Shown piece after piece: positions 1-8,516 of a stretch of 64,000 bases of DNA. How positions within the stretch are numbered: the first letter of the stretch is position 1; every line of letters starts with the position of its first letter. Made by a program: the position numbers and the translations under genes. A model generated the notes under the pieces. That model ran no database searches. It saw nothing but the letters and a program-made list of their open reading frames with translations, and had not been told where the DNA came from. The stretch comes from a bacterium (GTDB lineage: Bacteria; 4484-113): the NCBI GenBank assembly GCA_021163765.1, contig JAGGTK010000099.1:80089-144088 (forward strand), given 5' to 3'.

Positions 1-195
1 GACGTTTTCGCTGCCCAGTGCGCGGCAGCAGAGGTCGGCGAGCACCGATGTGTCAATGCCGCCGGATATGCCCAGCAGCACTTTCCCCTTGCGGCTCGCG
101 CTGACGGCAGCCCTGATCTTGGAAGCCACTGACTGCACGACACGGGGGATGTTTATCTCCGGCAGCTCAGGGGTTTCCTTGGTCCGTACAACCAT
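1..195 (-). CDS. nadE: NH3-dependent NAD+ synthetase, N-terminal fragment (gene runs off the window start)
   Basis: Reverse-strand translation from ATG (rc of 193-195) gives MVVRTKETPELPEINIPRVVQSVASKIRAAVSASRKGKVLLGISGGIDTSVLADLCCRALGSENV. It has the SGGxD(T/S)S PP-loop in the context typical of short-form NadE. Other PP-loop ATPases are not excluded. Confidence 0.5.
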   Translation of the reverse strand, partial: MVVRTKETPELPEINIPRVVQSVASKIRAAVSASRKGKVLLGISGGIDTSVLADLCCRALGSENV

Positions 196-302
196 AATCT
201 CGCCCGTTCTCCGTGCGGGCGCAGAGATTGTAGCACACCCGGGCGTTAAAGCGAAAAAGTGGAACCATTGTTATATGAAAGGCAGCGGAGTGCAGGTCAC
301 AG

Positions 303-1748
303 TTAAACGATTGGCTGAGACAGGTAACGTTCAATCAACTCGCGGGCAGCCTTTTCCGTAGCCTCGTCATCCGGAAGTTCGCCGTCAATCTTGCGCCACC
401 ACAACTCCTCCTGCGCTTTCCCCACGAGTGGCCCGGCTGGAAGGCCAAGGCTGATAAGGCGCTCACCTGGGAGAACGTTGCGCCTGGGGGAAAACTCGCG
501 GAGGTGTTTTATAAGGTTCGTTCTGAGCGGCTCCGTATCCTTTGCCAGGTAGCTGCCAAACGCTATAAACAGGAGCGTCTTCCGCGGATACTCCTGGCAT
601 ACACGGTAGATTCGTGAAGGCTGGAAGCCGGTGTGGTTCATGCGTGCGGCTACTTCATCGAACTTCTCGCGGGCTTCCACTATGCTTTGCGCCAACCGCG
701 CGTGCACGCCGATGCGCTTGAGTACGTCCGGCAGTGCGCTGACCCGGACATTCGCCAGAGACCACGAGAGCCGAACCAGCCATTGCGGAACCATGTCCTG
801 TTCGAGCAGCTCTTCCTGGTTGCGGATGCCGAGTTCCAGGACTTCCGCGTCAGAGCCGGACATTGTCGGGAGCTGGTTCCACTCAGGATGTAACGAAGCC
901 AGCAGGTCGCTCGTGTAAGCCGCCCAGAGGATGCCGAACCAGAAATCCTCGCTAAGCATGCACTCTAGCTCGTAGCGTACTCTTTCCGGGCTCAACTGGT
1001 CAAAATAGCTTTCCTCAAGGCCCTGAGTGAGGAGCAATGCGGTTTCCTCGTCAATCCGGTAATTAAGGCGCAGGCTATAGCGGATTGCGCGCAACATGCG
1101 CGTAGGGTCCTCAAAGAAAGACTGTGGGTGAAGTACCCGCAGAATCTTGCCGAAAATGTCCCCCACGCCGCCGGTCGGGTCGTATAGAGTCCCGAAGTCC
1201 TCCTTGCAGATTGAAATGCCGAGCGCGTTGAACGAGAAATCGCGCCTTAGAAGGTCTTCGTATATCTCTGCTTCCCCCAGCACTTCCGGGAGCTTCCCGG
1301 GAATCGGGTAGTGCTCGCGGCGGCACATCGTGACGTCGACTGCGTAACCTGAATCATCGATCCACTTAGCGGTCTGAAAGCGGTCGTTGCGGATGACCAC
1401 GCCGCCGTGTTCTTCGGCCAGCGCCTCTGCAAGCGCTATCGCGTCCCCCTCCACGGCGATGTCAATATCGAAGACGAAATGCTGCAATTTGTCGGTGGAT
1501 ATCTGCTCAACGAATGCGCGGGCCACTTCCCGTGCGCCGCCACCGACAAGATACGCCCTTAGGCTCCTTGCTTCCGCCAGGGCGCTGACCTGCCTGATAA
1601 TCTTCAGCGCGTATGCCGGCAGGTATGTCTCAATGAACTGCGGCAGTTTCGCAAAATCCCAGCGCGACACCGGCGCGATTATATCAAAGGCCTCGATTCT
1701 CGCGCCCCGGCGGAATGTGGGTCCAACATAGAGACAAGACGGCCCCAA
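303..1748 (-). CDS. tRNA nucleotidyltransferase (CCA-adding) / poly(A) polymerase family protein
   Basis: Head-domain motif LVGGGAREVA...DIDIAVEGD (GGxxR...DxD) and RRDFSFNAL motif. The start is TTG with no in-frame ATG nearby, so the 5' end is uncertain. Confidence 0.7.
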   Translation of the reverse strand: MGPSCLYVGPTFRRGARIEAFDIIAPVSRWDFAKLPQFIETYLPAYALKIIRQVSALAEARSLRAYLVGGGAREVARAFVEQISTDKLQHFVFDIDIAVEGDAIALAEALAEEHGGVVIRNDRFQTAKWIDDSGYAVDVTMCRREHYPIPGKLPEVLGEAEIYEDLLRRDFSFNALGISICKEDFGTLYDPTGGVGDIFGKILRVLHPQSFFEDPTRMLRAIRYSLRLNYRIDEETALLLTQGLEESYFDQLSPERVRYELECMLSEDFWFGILWAAYTSDLLASLHPEWNQLPTMSGSDAEVLELGIRNQEELLEQDMVPQWLVRLSWSLANVRVSALPDVLKRIGVHARLAQSIVEAREKFDEVAARMNHTGFQPSRIYRVCQEYPRKTLLFIAFGSYLAKDTEPLRTNLIKHLREFSPRRNVLPGERLISLGLPAGPLVGKAQEELWWRKIDGELPDDEATEKAARELIERYLSQPIV

Positions 1749-1833
1749 GAGCCTACAGCGGCGGTATAATAGTTGTTGGCCACGGTCTGCATTCTGGGAT
1801 CATGCGCGAACTTCTATTTGAGGGCGGAATCGT

Positions 1834-4800
1834 ATGCTCGTGAAACGACTATGGGTCTGGGTGCTCTTCCTCTCGCTGTTTGCGGTCTTTTCTGGCTGCG
1901 GCGGATCTTCGCATAAGAATCCAGGTGTCCTGCCATCTCTTTCCGGCCGGGACGCCGGCTCTGGCGAAGTGTCACAGCTCGATGATTACGGCTTCGGCAC
2001 CGAGGGATTCGTCCCCGGCGTGGACTACTACCCCGACCGCTTCGTTGTCGGCTTTAAGAACGGCGCAAAGGGCACCAGCGGTTCCCCGTCGCCGGTTGAT
2101 TACAACCCCAACTCAAAGCTGTATCGCAACACTGGCGTGGCATCACTGGCACGCGAGATCCGCGACCGTTACGCCGTGGCGCTCGACAAGGAAGCCTACG
2201 TTCGCGGGGTTAACTTCGCAAGCTACCAGACAGAGGGCGGCTCGTGCGCCAAAAGCGTAATGCAGCAAATTCAGTCGGACTACGCCGACGCAATCGAATA
2301 CATCGAATACGACGGGATTCGCTATCTGCAGTACGTTCCCAACGATCCCGATTATCCAGATAACCTCTGGGGCATGGTGAAGATTAACGCCGAGGACGCG
2401 TGGGACACCGAGAAAGGCGACAGCAACATAATGGTCTGTGTAATCGACACGGGCGTGCGCTACTCCGGCGATACCGTGGACGACGCGCCCGACCACGAGG
2501 ATCTAGCTGACAATTACCTGCACCCGCCTGACCACTGGCCGGACGAGCAATTCGATCTCTACGACGAGGATAATGTCCCTGAAGACGAATACGGCCACGG
2601 CTCACACTGCTCTGGCACCATCGGCGCGGTGGGCGACAACAGCAAGGGCGTCGTCGGCGTCAACCACGACATCACGATGGTGATGATCCGCGTGTTCGGG
2701 CCCAGCGGCGGCTGCCCCGATAGCTGGGTGGCGACAGCGATTGAGCTGGCTACGGAGATAGAATCCGATGTCATCAGCATGAGCCTTGCCGGTAGCTTCC
2801 CCAATCTGGCGACCAAGGAAGCCTGCGAGGACGCCTACGATGCCGGGATATTCATCGCTTCCGCAGCGGCAAACTCCTATACTGACGAGCCTTACTACCC
2901 CGGCTACTACGAAGTCTGCTGCTGCGTGGGTGCGACGACCTCATCGGACAACAGGGCCAGCTTCAGCAACTACGGGCAGTGGGTGGATATCGCCGCGCCA
3001 GGTGTTAGCATCAAGTCCTGCGGATATCTTTCAACCTCCTATTACATGTCTTGGAGCGGCACCAGCATGGCCACGCCCCACGTTGCAGGCGCAGCAGCCC
3101 TGCTGCTCAGCTATGACAGCACGTTGACCGTTGACGAGTTGCGTTCGGCCCTGGAAAGCACCGGCGCTGACCTGAGCGACTCCCAGTGGGGGAATCCGGA
3201 TATCAAGCGCCTTGATGTGGACGCGGCGCTGACATTTGTGGTGGACGATGAATTCGGCACGCCGCCCACCGTCAGTATTGACAGCCCCGACGGCACTTCT
3301 TCCGTCAGCGGCACCGTGACGATTGAAGCCAGCGCGTCGGACAGTGACGGCTCGATTCTGAAGGTGTTCTTCTACGCCGACGATGTCCAGATGGGAACTG
3401 ATGATACAGACCCATACACCTACGAATGGGACACAACTAAATACCTGAACAAGGCCTATACGCTGAAAGCCGTAGCGCTCGATAACCAGCATATGACCTC
3501 CGAGGATACGGTCTCGGTTACGGTGTCCAATACGGTCGAGACTCCGAATTACTTCATTGACTTTGAAAGCGGCTCCACGGATTGGTGGCACACCGACGAG
3601 AACGGCTCCGGCTACTGGCAGCTCGTGGACGATGACGGCGCCAGCGGAACGCACAGCTTCCACCAGGGCGGGGCGGGAGGCGGCAACTACGGTAATCGCG
3701 AGTTCGACCGCTTGTATTCGCCAGTGTTCGACCTATCAGCTCTCTCTGCCGTGCGCCTGAAGTTCAAGCACCACCGGGCTTTCGCCAGCGGGGATTATGG
3801 CTACGTTATCGTTCACGATGGGAGTTACGACTTCAATATCCTGGCGTGGTACGGCCCCGGCACGCAGTCGTCCTGGGCTGATGTAACGAAGAGCCTTAAC
3901 AGCTACATCGGCAAGTCAGTCCAGATAGTATTCCTTTTTGAATCCAATACTAGTGGTCAGGCGGCCGGCTGGTGGATTGACGACTTCGCAATTGAGAAGA
4001 AGACGCCCCCTTGCAGCATAGACATCACGTCACCAGGGGCCGACGCGGAGGTCAGCGGCACGGTGGATTTCGCCGCAGACGTGAGCGACGACATTGACGT
4101 CACGCTGGTGGAGATGTCCATCGACGATTCGCTGAAGGCGAGCTTCACCGACGACGGCCCCTACGAATACTCGTGGGTCACGACCGACTACCACGGCGGC
4201 CTGCACGACCTGAAGGTCTACGCGGAGGACGAATGGCCAACCTCCAGCGAGGAGAGCATCAGCGCCACGGTAAAGAACCACACCATCACCGGGGCTGACG
4301 TAACGTCGGGCATAGCCGGCACTGCCGTGACCATAGACGGCACCTACTTCATCGCTGACAGCGGCGATGCCTACAACGCTTCGACGGACAAAGTCTACTT
4401 CAGCGGAGCTTCCGGCTGGTGCGAAGCGGCGGTGAGTAGCTGGCAGAAGGAAGCAATCCAGGTGACCGTGCCCGGTGGCGCGGTGACCGGCCCGCTGATG
4501 GTGGATATAAACGGCGCGGAAGTTACATCCAGCTTCGATTTCACGATGCTTCCGCACCTTGACGCGCTCAATCCCGCCATCCAGATTGTTGGCGGTGACA
4601 TCACTATTGAGGGCACGGGCTTCGGAGCTTCGGCGAACGGGGACAGCGTCGTGGATATCGGCGGTCTCGAGGCGACCATTGTGTCCTGGGACACCAATGC
4701 GATTGAAGTTACTATCCCTTCAGGGGTCATCCAGTCAGACCTGACGGTGACCGTCACCTCGGGGACGAGCAACGCTTTAGTCTTTACACCGAAGCCGAAC

Positions 4801-5085
4801 ATCACGGGTCTTGACCCGGACCGAACCTGGCCGGGCAACGAGATAACGATTAACGGAACCAGTTTAGGAGATGAACAGGGCGATAGCGCGGTTACTTTCG
4901 CCGGTCCTGTCGAAGCCGCGCCGGAAGACATCGTTAGCTGGAGCGATACCGAGATTGTAGTTGTTCTGCCGGAGAGCTCCCTGCGGGGCGATGTTGTTGT
5001 AACGGTAAACGACGTTGACTCCGATGGCGAGTTCCTGATAGTAATACTGCCCCCGCCCAGCCTGGGTGGAGTGCAACAGTACTAA
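1834..5085 (+). CDS. Subtilisin-family (S8) serine protease lipoprotein with Ig-like, MAM/choice-of-anchor-like and 4x IPT/TIG domains
   Basis: ATG preceded by GAGGGCGGAA. Lipobox signal MLVKRLWVWVLFLSLFAVFSGC. I9-like propeptide (YYPDRFVVGF). Catalytic motifs VCVIDTGV (Asp codon 2445-2447), HGSHCSGT (His 2596-2598), SGTSMATPHVAG (Ser 3064-3066). These are followed by Ig-like domains, a beta-sandwich ending WWIDDFAIEK, four IPT/TIG repeats and the tail LPPPSLGGVQQY. Confidence 0.9.
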   Translation: MLVKRLWVWVLFLSLFAVFSGCGGSSHKNPGVLPSLSGRDAGSGEVSQLDDYGFGTEGFVPGVDYYPDRFVVGFKNGAKGTSGSPSPVDYNPNSKLYRNTGVASLAREIRDRYAVALDKEAYVRGVNFASYQTEGGSCAKSVMQQIQSDYADAIEYIEYDGIRYLQYVPNDPDYPDNLWGMVKINAEDAWDTEKGDSNIMVCVIDTGVRYSGDTVDDAPDHEDLADNYLHPPDHWPDEQFDLYDEDNVPEDEYGHGSHCSGTIGAVGDNSKGVVGVNHDITMVMIRVFGPSGGCPDSWVATAIELATEIESDVISMSLAGSFPNLATKEACEDAYDAGIFIASAAANSYTDEPYYPGYYEVCCCVGATTSSDNRASFSNYGQWVDIAAPGVSIKSCGYLSTSYYMSWSGTSMATPHVAGAAALLLSYDSTLTVDELRSALESTGADLSDSQWGNPDIKRLDVDAALTFVVDDEFGTPPTVSIDSPDGTSSVSGTVTIEASASDSDGSILKVFFYADDVQMGTDDTDPYTYEWDTTKYLNKAYTLKAVALDNQHMTSEDTVSVTVSNTVETPNYFIDFESGSTDWWHTDENGSGYWQLVDDDGASGTHSFHQGGAGGGNYGNREFDRLYSPVFDLSALSAVRLKFKHHRAFASGDYGYVIVHDGSYDFNILAWYGPGTQSSWADVTKSLNSYIGKSVQIVFLFESNTSGQAAGWWIDDFAIEKKTPPCSIDITSPGADAEVSGTVDFAADVSDDIDVTLVEMSIDDSLKASFTDDGPYEYSWVTTDYHGGLHDLKVYAEDEWPTSSEESISATVKNHTITGADVTSGIAGTAVTIDGTYFIADSGDAYNASTDKVYFSGASGWCEAAVSSWQKEAIQVTVPGGAVTGPLMVDINGAEVTSSFDFTMLPHLDALNPAIQIVGGDITIEGTGFGASANGDSVVDIGGLEATIVSWDTNAIEVTIPSGVIQSDLTVTVTSGTSNALVFTPKPNITGLDPDRTWPGNEITINGTSLGDEQGDSAVTFAGPVEAAPEDIVSWSDTEIVVVLPESSLRGDVVVTVNDVDSDGEFLIVILPPPSLGGVQQY
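4006..5082 (+). repeat. Copy A of a ~1.08 kb coding module (Ig-like + 4x IPT/TIG + C-terminal tail) shared with the C1 protease gene
   Basis: Colinear with 6770-7840 at protein level (roughly three quarters of residues identical by eye). There are runs of exact nucleotide identity, e.g. 36 nt at 4510-4545 = 7268-7303 (aacggcgcggaagttacatccagcttcgatttcacg). Confidence 0.85.
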
Positions 5086-5185
5086 GTCACAATGCCCGAC
5101 GGCGATTTACCGCCGGAGCATTGGGAGCTCTGAGTATAATAATGCTGCGGACAACGCTCGTATTCGGAAGGATAGGCGGCGCATC

Positions 5186-5740
5186 ATGACTAATTCACGC
5201 AGGACTGTTCTAAACCGACCCGGAGGAACTTTCACACTGCAAGCCCTGAAGGTGCTGTTGGTGGTTGGCGCTTTGGGACTTGTTAGCTGCGGCGGGCATA
5301 GCAAGCATGCGCCCACTCTCGTTAATACCGTAGAACTCGCAGAAACTGCCAATTCAGAGCCGATGGAAGTGGCGGCCCAGGCCCAGGAGCAAGAGTATAC
5401 GCACTTGGTGAGAGTGACAATGAGGCCGCAGGAACCGCTGGAATCCGGGCCGGGCCTGTCTTTGCCGTCTCCCCTGGAGGCTTTTGGCCTCTTGCCCGAT
5501 GTTAAGGGGGGATCGACCAGCGCAGAGCGCCTGATGCGGATGGGGTCGTCCTATGAGGAAATCCTGCCACACAACAGGATTGCGCGAGATGGCGACTATC
5601 TTGTTTTCAATGCTCGACCTGGCAACGACAGGGCTGCTCTCTCCAGCGAGCTGTCGTTCGCCGCTTACCGCTTCTCTCTTGCGGGATATGATGGAAGCCA
5701 GACGATAGGGTTTGACTGGGGGCTTCCGCCAAGCGGATGA
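5186..5740 (+). CDS. Lipoprotein signal peptide + pro-region fragment, in frame with the downstream C1 peptidase and separated from it by one TGA
   Basis: ATG 5186 gives MTNSRRTVLNRPGGTFTLQALKVLLVVGALGLVSCGG (lipobox). AAGGATAGG lies upstream. The frame is the same as 5744-7843 and the junction reads CCA AGC GGA TGA GGC ATG. The ORF-track start at 5066 would overlap the upstream gene. Confidence 0.55.
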   Translation: MTNSRRTVLNRPGGTFTLQALKVLLVVGALGLVSCGGHSKHAPTLVNTVELAETANSEPMEVAAQAQEQEYTHLVRVTMRPQEPLESGPGLSLPSPLEAFGLLPDVKGGSTSAERLMRMGSSYEEILPHNRIARDGDYLVFNARPGNDRAALSSELSFAAYRFSLAGYDGSQTIGFDWGLPPSG

Positions 5741-5743
5741 GGC

Positions 5744-7843
5744 ATGGACAGGCCTGAGTTCCAGGTCGGCTTTGGAAATGTCTCAAGTGACACCTGGGAA
5801 TGGTACGAGGGGCCGCGCGACGACGTTCTGACGCTTGAGTCCTATGAGCCTTACACTGCGGCTAACGGCGATGTGCTGGCAGTGGTTGTGCTGGATGACA
5901 CAATCGAGTTCACGCTCAAGCAACTGGCTGTGGGTGAATACGAAATCCGCGCGCTGGGTGATGAGTGGTCTGAGAGTGACATTTCCGAACTTGATAAGGA
6001 ACGCTGGGCATCTTCGGCGGAAGGGGATGCACAGCGCCAGGCTTCGGATTTGCCATCGTCAGTTGACCTTACCAGCGGTTGCTCGCCGGTGAGGAACCAG
6101 GGGAGTATTGGCTCCTGCACCGCCTTCGCCGTAGGCCCCGGCGCGTATGATTACGAGCTGGGGAGCATCTACGGTTATTACGGCTGGGACTTCGACAATG
6201 ACTTCAACCTGTCCAGCCCGAAGTGGCTATACCGCAAAACCGGCACCGGCTGTGGAGGAAGCTCAGGCCGAACTACCTGGAAAGTGGTGGATTTCCTGAA
6301 GACGGACGGCACGTCTTCCGAAGAGAACTGCCCTTACACGAACGTGTGCGGAAGCGATTGCACAAGCGACGACGCATACGATGATGCAGAGCTTCTACAG
6401 ATCGACAGCTGGTCTTTCGTATTCCGGTGCTGGACTGAGGACGAGATAACTCCCATCAAAGCAGTGCTTGCCAATGAAGAGCGTGTCCTCGTGATGCGCA
6501 CGGACGTTGACAGCTCTATTTTTGATTACAAGGCTGGCGATGTTTGGAATTTCACTGGGCCCAGTATCGGCGGGCACGCAATGTGCATCGTTGGCTATGA
6601 CGATTCTAAAGAAGCGTTCAAAGTCCGCAATAGCTGGGGTGCTGACTGGGGCGATAACGGTTATCTGTGGATTGGCTACGAAACTTTTCTGGACTATGAC
6701 GGTTCATACATCTATTGCTGCAAGATGGTGGATTCCTACAGCGAAGATGTTCGCCAACGGTTCCTGAAACCGCCGTCTATTACCATCACAGCGCCTTCAG
6801 ACGGCGCCACGGTTTCGGGAACGGCAGACTTCACCGCGGATGTAACCGATAACACCGGAGTCGATCTTGTGGAAATGTACATTGACGGCGATATGGTGGC
6901 CGACTTCAGCGCTGAGCCCTACGAGTATTCCTGGGACACCACTGACTACCATGGAGGGGCGCATACGCTAAAAGTCTACGCAGAGGATGACACATCCATA
7001 TGGTATGAGAAACAGATAACTGTTTATGTTGAAAACCACACTGTCACGAGCGTCAGCCCCGGTTCCGGAATCACCGGAACGACGGTAACCATTAGCGGAA
7101 CATCCTTCTTGGCCGGAAGCGGTGACACTTACGATGATTCGACGGATAAAGTCTATTTCAGCGGGGATTCCGGCTGGAGCGTGGCGACGGTGACAGACTG
7201 GCAGGAAGAAGAGATAGAGGCGGTCGTCCCCGGCGGTGCGGTGACCGGCCCGCTGAAGGTGGATATCAACGGCGCGGAAGTTACATCCAGCTTCGATTTC
7301 ACGGTTCTGCCCCATATAGACGCGCTTAATCCTCCAGCTCAGGAGATAGGGGGCAATATAACCGTCGAGGGGACAGGCTTTGGGGTGTCCGCCAACGAGG
7401 ATAGCTCTGTAGACATTGGCGGCATTGAGCCGACTATCGTGTCCTGGGCAAACACTGAAGTCGAGATAACTATCCCGTCCGGTGTTACCAAATCGGACCT
7501 GACGGTTACTGTTACGTCTGGCACGAGCAACGCCGTTGTCTTTAAGCCCAAACCGAACATCACCGGGCTTGATCCGAGCCGCACGTGGCCGGGTAAAGAA
7601 ATTACGATAACGGGAATCAGCTTCGGTAACGAAGTGGGTGACAGCACGGTTACTTTCGCGGGGCCGGTTCAGGCTGGCCCGGAGGACATCGTGGGCTGGA
7701 GCGACTCGGAAATAGTAGTTGTTCTGCCGGAAGGCGCAAAGCGGGGCGACGTTGTGGTGACGGTAGACGGCGTCGATTCGGAAGGCGAGTTCCTGATAGT
7801 CATCCTGTCGCCGCCGGTTCTGGGCGGCGTGCAGCAGTATTGA
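5744..7843 (+). CDS. Papain-family (C1) cysteine protease fused to Ig-like + 4x IPT/TIG module; lacks its own signal peptide
   Basis: NQGSIGSCTAFAV (Gln/Cys nucleophile), GGHAMCIVGYDD (His), VRNSWGADWGDNGYLWIGY (Asn-Ser-Trp). C-terminal module ~75 percent identical to that of the S8 protease at 1834-5085. Tail LSPPVLGGVQQY. Confidence 0.85.
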   Translation: MDRPEFQVGFGNVSSDTWEWYEGPRDDVLTLESYEPYTAANGDVLAVVVLDDTIEFTLKQLAVGEYEIRALGDEWSESDISELDKERWASSAEGDAQRQASDLPSSVDLTSGCSPVRNQGSIGSCTAFAVGPGAYDYELGSIYGYYGWDFDNDFNLSSPKWLYRKTGTGCGGSSGRTTWKVVDFLKTDGTSSEENCPYTNVCGSDCTSDDAYDDAELLQIDSWSFVFRCWTEDEITPIKAVLANEERVLVMRTDVDSSIFDYKAGDVWNFTGPSIGGHAMCIVGYDDSKEAFKVRNSWGADWGDNGYLWIGYETFLDYDGSYIYCCKMVDSYSEDVRQRFLKPPSITITAPSDGATVSGTADFTADVTDNTGVDLVEMYIDGDMVADFSAEPYEYSWDTTDYHGGAHTLKVYAEDDTSIWYEKQITVYVENHTVTSVSPGSGITGTTVTISGTSFLAGSGDTYDDSTDKVYFSGDSGWSVATVTDWQEEEIEAVVPGGAVTGPLKVDINGAEVTSSFDFTVLPHIDALNPPAQEIGGNITVEGTGFGVSANEDSSVDIGGIEPTIVSWANTEVEITIPSGVTKSDLTVTVTSGTSNAVVFKPKPNITGLDPSRTWPGKEITITGISFGNEVGDSTVTFAGPVQAGPEDIVGWSDSEIVVVLPEGAKRGDVVVTVDGVDSEGEFLIVILSPPVLGGVQQY
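6770..7840 (+). repeat. Copy B of the Ig-like + 4x IPT/TIG + tail coding module
   Basis: See copy A (4006-5082). Same domain order and high similarity, strongest over roughly 7130-7840. Confidence 0.85.
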
Positions 7844-7856
7844 GCCTTCGAGCCGG

Positions 7857-8426
7857 CTAGTTGCGCCCCTTCAGCGTGAAAAGGGGCATCTTAAACGCGA
7901 GGTCGTCCGCTAATTGAAGGCCAATCACCGCCGAGACCTTCATGTTGAATAGCAGGTGCGCATTGTGTGTCTCGATGAGCATTTTGCGCGTGCCGTGTTC
8001 ACCGAACTTGTAATAGTTGAGCACCTCACGGGAGCTGGTCCCCAGGGTGACGCCTGTCTTTGTGCGGATATTCGGGAACTCGGTGGCGAACTTGCTCGCG
8101 AGGAAGTCTATGTTTGTATCGCTGTTGATTGAGATTATTATCACGTCCACCCGGTTGTCCTGGTTGACATCTCCGATGATGAAGCTGTAGTTGTTGTAGA
8201 CATCCCTGAACTCGAAATACCGGCTGTCGCGGGAAACGTTGTTGTCCGCTATGCGCTGGCCGAGCGATTCGGCTATTCTCTCTTCGACCTGCGAGTAGGG
8301 GCTCCCCAAAGGCGTGCCCAGCCCGAAACTTTCGTTTTTCAGGAGCTCCCTGTAAGGGTCGGGTTTCTGGCAGCCGAGCGCGGCGCACATTAATACCAGA
8401 ACCACTGCAATCGGGGCTGCTCTCAT
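7857..8426 (-). CDS. Hypothetical lipoprotein
   Basis: Signal MRAAPIAVVLVLMCAALGCQ with lipobox. SD GGAGGGG lies upstream of the ATG. No recognisable catalytic motif. Confidence 0.6.
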   Translation of the reverse strand: MRAAPIAVVLVLMCAALGCQKPDPYRELLKNESFGLGTPLGSPYSQVEERIAESLGQRIADNNVSRDSRYFEFRDVYNNYSFIIGDVNQDNRVDVIIISINSDTNIDFLASKFATEFPNIRTKTGVTLGTSSREVLNYYKFGEHGTRKMLIETHNAHLLFNMKVSAVIGLQLADDLAFKMPLFTLKGRN

Positions 8427-8470
8427 CGGTATCCCCTCCAGGCTGAGGGATTCATCGGACTCCTCAGGAG

Positions 8471-8479
8471 ATTATACCA
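8471..8479 (-). promoter_or_regulatory. Extended -10 box TGGTATAAT for the lipoprotein gene
   Basis: rc of attatacca. About 45 nt upstream of ATG 8426, with an SD in between. Confidence 0.45.
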
Positions 8480-8500
8480 TCGTGCTCGCGGGCAGCAGCC

Positions 8501-8509
8501 TGCTAAAAT
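8501..8509 (+). promoter_or_regulatory. Extended -10 box TGCTAAAAT for the SpoIID-like gene (predicts a leaderless mRNA)
   Basis: The last T is at 8509 and the ATG at 8517, with 7 nt between. The expected transcription start therefore falls at or 1 nt before the ATG. There is no SD. Confidence 0.45.
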
Positions 8510-8516
8510 AGAATGT

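Noticed and set aside
50-361. 103-aa plus-strand ORF at the window start
   Set aside because: It overlaps the reverse-strand nadE fragment and the 3' end of the CCA-enzyme gene. It has no SD and no motif.
4270-5040. Periodic repeats inside the protease genes considered as a CRISPR or tandem DNA repeat array
   Set aside because: The repeats are about 240-270 nt, diverged and in-frame, and they encode IPT/TIG domains. There are no short identical direct repeats with unique spacers anywhere in the window.
5738-5740. The in-frame TGA as selenocysteine or as a reassigned sense codon
   Set aside because: I could fold only a weak, mismatched stem downstream (GAC-AGG...CC-A-GGTC), not a convincing bacterial SECIS. 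TGA clearly terminates other well-supported genes in the window, which argues against code reassignment. The position is still reported as a finding for readthrough, pseudogene or error.
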